A DNA stretch of 64,000 nucleotides, taken from IMG/VR virus record IMGVR_UViG_2690316030_000001; one strand, 5' to 3'. Below, piece by piece: positions 62,902-64,000 of this stretch. The notes below the pieces were generated by a model that saw only the letters and a program-made list of their open reading frames with translations, had not been told where the DNA came from and did no database searches. A program made the position numbers and the translations under genes. This DNA comes from an uncultured virus (IMG/VR IMGVR_UViG_2690316030_000001). Lineage: Duplodnaviria; Heunggongvirae; Uroviricota; Caudoviricetes. The first letter of the stretch is position 1; each line of letters begins with the position of its first letter.

Positions 62902-63249
62902 GTGAACATGGCTGATTGGCAGCTGCCGCCACTTGCTCAAGACGGCTGGGGCCTAGCGACCTGGGTAGTAATAGCTTTCGTCGTCATGTGCTTCCTCGGC
63001 ATCCTGTGGACGCTGCAACACTTCGACCTCAAAGCCATCCGGCACCAAACAGAGAACTCCCACGACACCAACCTGCGCGACGACATCGACGAGATACGCG
63101 AGATGGTCCGCGACGGAATGGCCGACATCCGCAGCGACATCTCCGGTATCCGAAAGGACATCGGAGGACTGCGCGGAGAGCTGCGCACCGAACGCGAAGA
63201 ACGCATCGAATCCGACGCCCGCATATGGCGGGGACCCTGGAAGGCTTAG
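62902..63249 (+). CDS. DUF2746-like membrane/coiled-coil protein
   Basis: TM helix then NSHDTNLRDDID...DIGGLRGELRTERE. Confidence 0.78.
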   Translation: MNMADWQLPPLAQDGWGLATWVVIAFVVMCFLGILWTLQHFDLKAIRHQTENSHDTNLRDDIDEIREMVRDGMADIRSDISGIRKDIGGLRGELRTEREERIESDARIWRGPWKA

Positions 63250-63287
63250 ACCCCGCCGCTAGCGCTTACCGCCAATAGAATTGGGGT
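63246..63287 (+). repeat. 42 bp start-associated element, copy 8 (divergent)
   Basis: TTAGACCCCGCCGCTAGCGCTTACCGCCAATAGAATTGGGGT then ATG. Confidence 0.75.
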
Positions 63288-63614
63288 ATGTTCACCGTCG
63301 CTCAGCTGCGTAAGGCAATCAATGACTTGCCAGACGACATGCTTGTGATGACCGAAGACGGCGAATCACCAATGAGTGATGCGAACCTATACATCGCCCC
63401 GGCATGCCGCCATCGGATCGGCAGCAACAGCTGGGTATCCGAGGGGCATGAGGACCCACCCGCCACCGAATTGGCCCGCGAGGTATTCGGCGAATGCGAG
63501 AACACTCATGTTCTACTCGTCACGCGGTTCGGAAACGATGGCCAGGACATCACCCCGGAAGAGCCTGGCGTGATCGACGTTCAGGTAGAACAGACCGCAA
63601 TCGAATCTGGTTAG
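63288..63614 (+). CDS. Hypothetical protein, paralog of 27775-28083
   Basis: TVAQLRKAINDLPDDMLV...VIDVQVEQTAIESG. Confidence 0.7.
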   Translation: MFTVAQLRKAINDLPDDMLVMTEDGESPMSDANLYIAPACRHRIGSNSWVSEGHEDPPATELAREVFGECENTHVLLVTRFGNDGQDITPEEPGVIDVQVEQTAIESG

Positions 63615-63632
63615 CCCCCTCGCTTCACAGCC

Positions 63633-63682
63633 GCCCCCGGCTCCCGTGCTTCCCCCCAGCATGGTTGAGCCGGGGGCTTTTT
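63633..63682 (+). terminator. Intrinsic terminator between convergent genes
   Basis: GCCCCCGGCTC...GAGCCGGGGGC-TTTTT. Confidence 0.8.
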
Positions 63683-63706
63683 GTGTTTCCGGTGGTTGGT
63701 TTCGAA

Positions 63707-64000
63707 TCAGCTGCCTGGCACTAGCACTGCGAGGGCGTCCATCATCGTCGAGTTCCTTGCCTGATCGGCGTGTGCGTAGATCCTCGTGACTTCCGGGGAG
63801 TTGTGTCCCAGGATCTCCATGCGAGTCTGCTCGTCCGCGCCCGCGGCGCGCAGCACTGTGGCGGTGGTGTGGCGGGTGCTATGCAGCGGCATGGTCTCGC
63901 CCTCCCCGATGATCCCGGCATCCCGCAGGAGTTTGTGCCATGCCTGGTTATCGTCATTCGGAATGACTGGTGCGCCGTCGGCGCGGTGGAACACAAGGTT
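63707..64000 (-). CDS. int: Tyrosine integrase, C-terminal part
   Basis: LHSTRHT (HxxR), ILGHNS, TRIY (catalytic Tyr). Confidence 0.92.
   Translation of the reverse strand, partial: NLVFHRADGAPVIPNDDNQAWHKLLRDAGIIGEGETMPLHSTRHTTATVLRAAGADEQTRMEILGHNSPEVTRIYAHADQARNSTMMDALAVLVPGS

Larger units (their letters stand above)
2239..64000. mobile_element. Temperate siphoviral prophage integrated at tRNA-Leu; right end lies beyond the window
   Basis: Complete set of immunity, early, packaging, head, tail, lysis and tyrosine integrase genes starting right after the tRNA 3' end. Confidence 0.95.

Noticed and set aside
3549..63287. Element as CRISPR repeat or Shine-Dalgarno motif
   Set aside because: Copies are dispersed with no spacers or cas genes; GAGG is only 1-2 nt from the start codon, too close for an SD

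Overview
High-GC actinobacterial DNA, most likely a mycobacterium (M. abscessus/chelonae-like; taxonomy inferred, not proven). A host fatty acyl-AMP ligase gene (1-1872) and tRNA-Leu(TAA) (2162-2238) are followed by a nearly complete ~62 kb siphoviral prophage that runs off the right edge inside its tyrosine integrase. Gene order: accessory block (DUF732 protein, acyltransferase, alpha/beta-hydrolase pseudogene, MmyB-like regulator, multi-TM protein); repressor/cro; early genes (ParB-like, xis, Dam methylase, HNH, two WhiBs); BrnT/BrnA-like toxin-antitoxin pair; HK97-type head, tail and lysis genes; integrase. Two partial IS1096-like (ISL3) insertions sit at N-gaps beside duplicated empty-site sequence, so parts of the window are assembly artefacts. 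The most striking unexplained structure is a fixed-length 42-43 bp element (NTAGAC[A/C]CCG-hairpin-[G/T]ANAATTGRGG-ATG) found at 8 independent loci. Each copy is fused directly to the start codon of a small orphan gene, usually reuses the TAG stop of the upstream gene, and has a covarying hairpin. It may be a mobile promoter-plus-gene cassette system or a phage-specific regulon. Other highlights: a LexA-box-controlled leaderless gene, a 2OG-Fe(II) hydroxylase directly behind the major capsid gene, a possible small-molecule sensing module beside the repressor, and a tail-chaperone frameshift in the +1 rather than the usual -1 frame.
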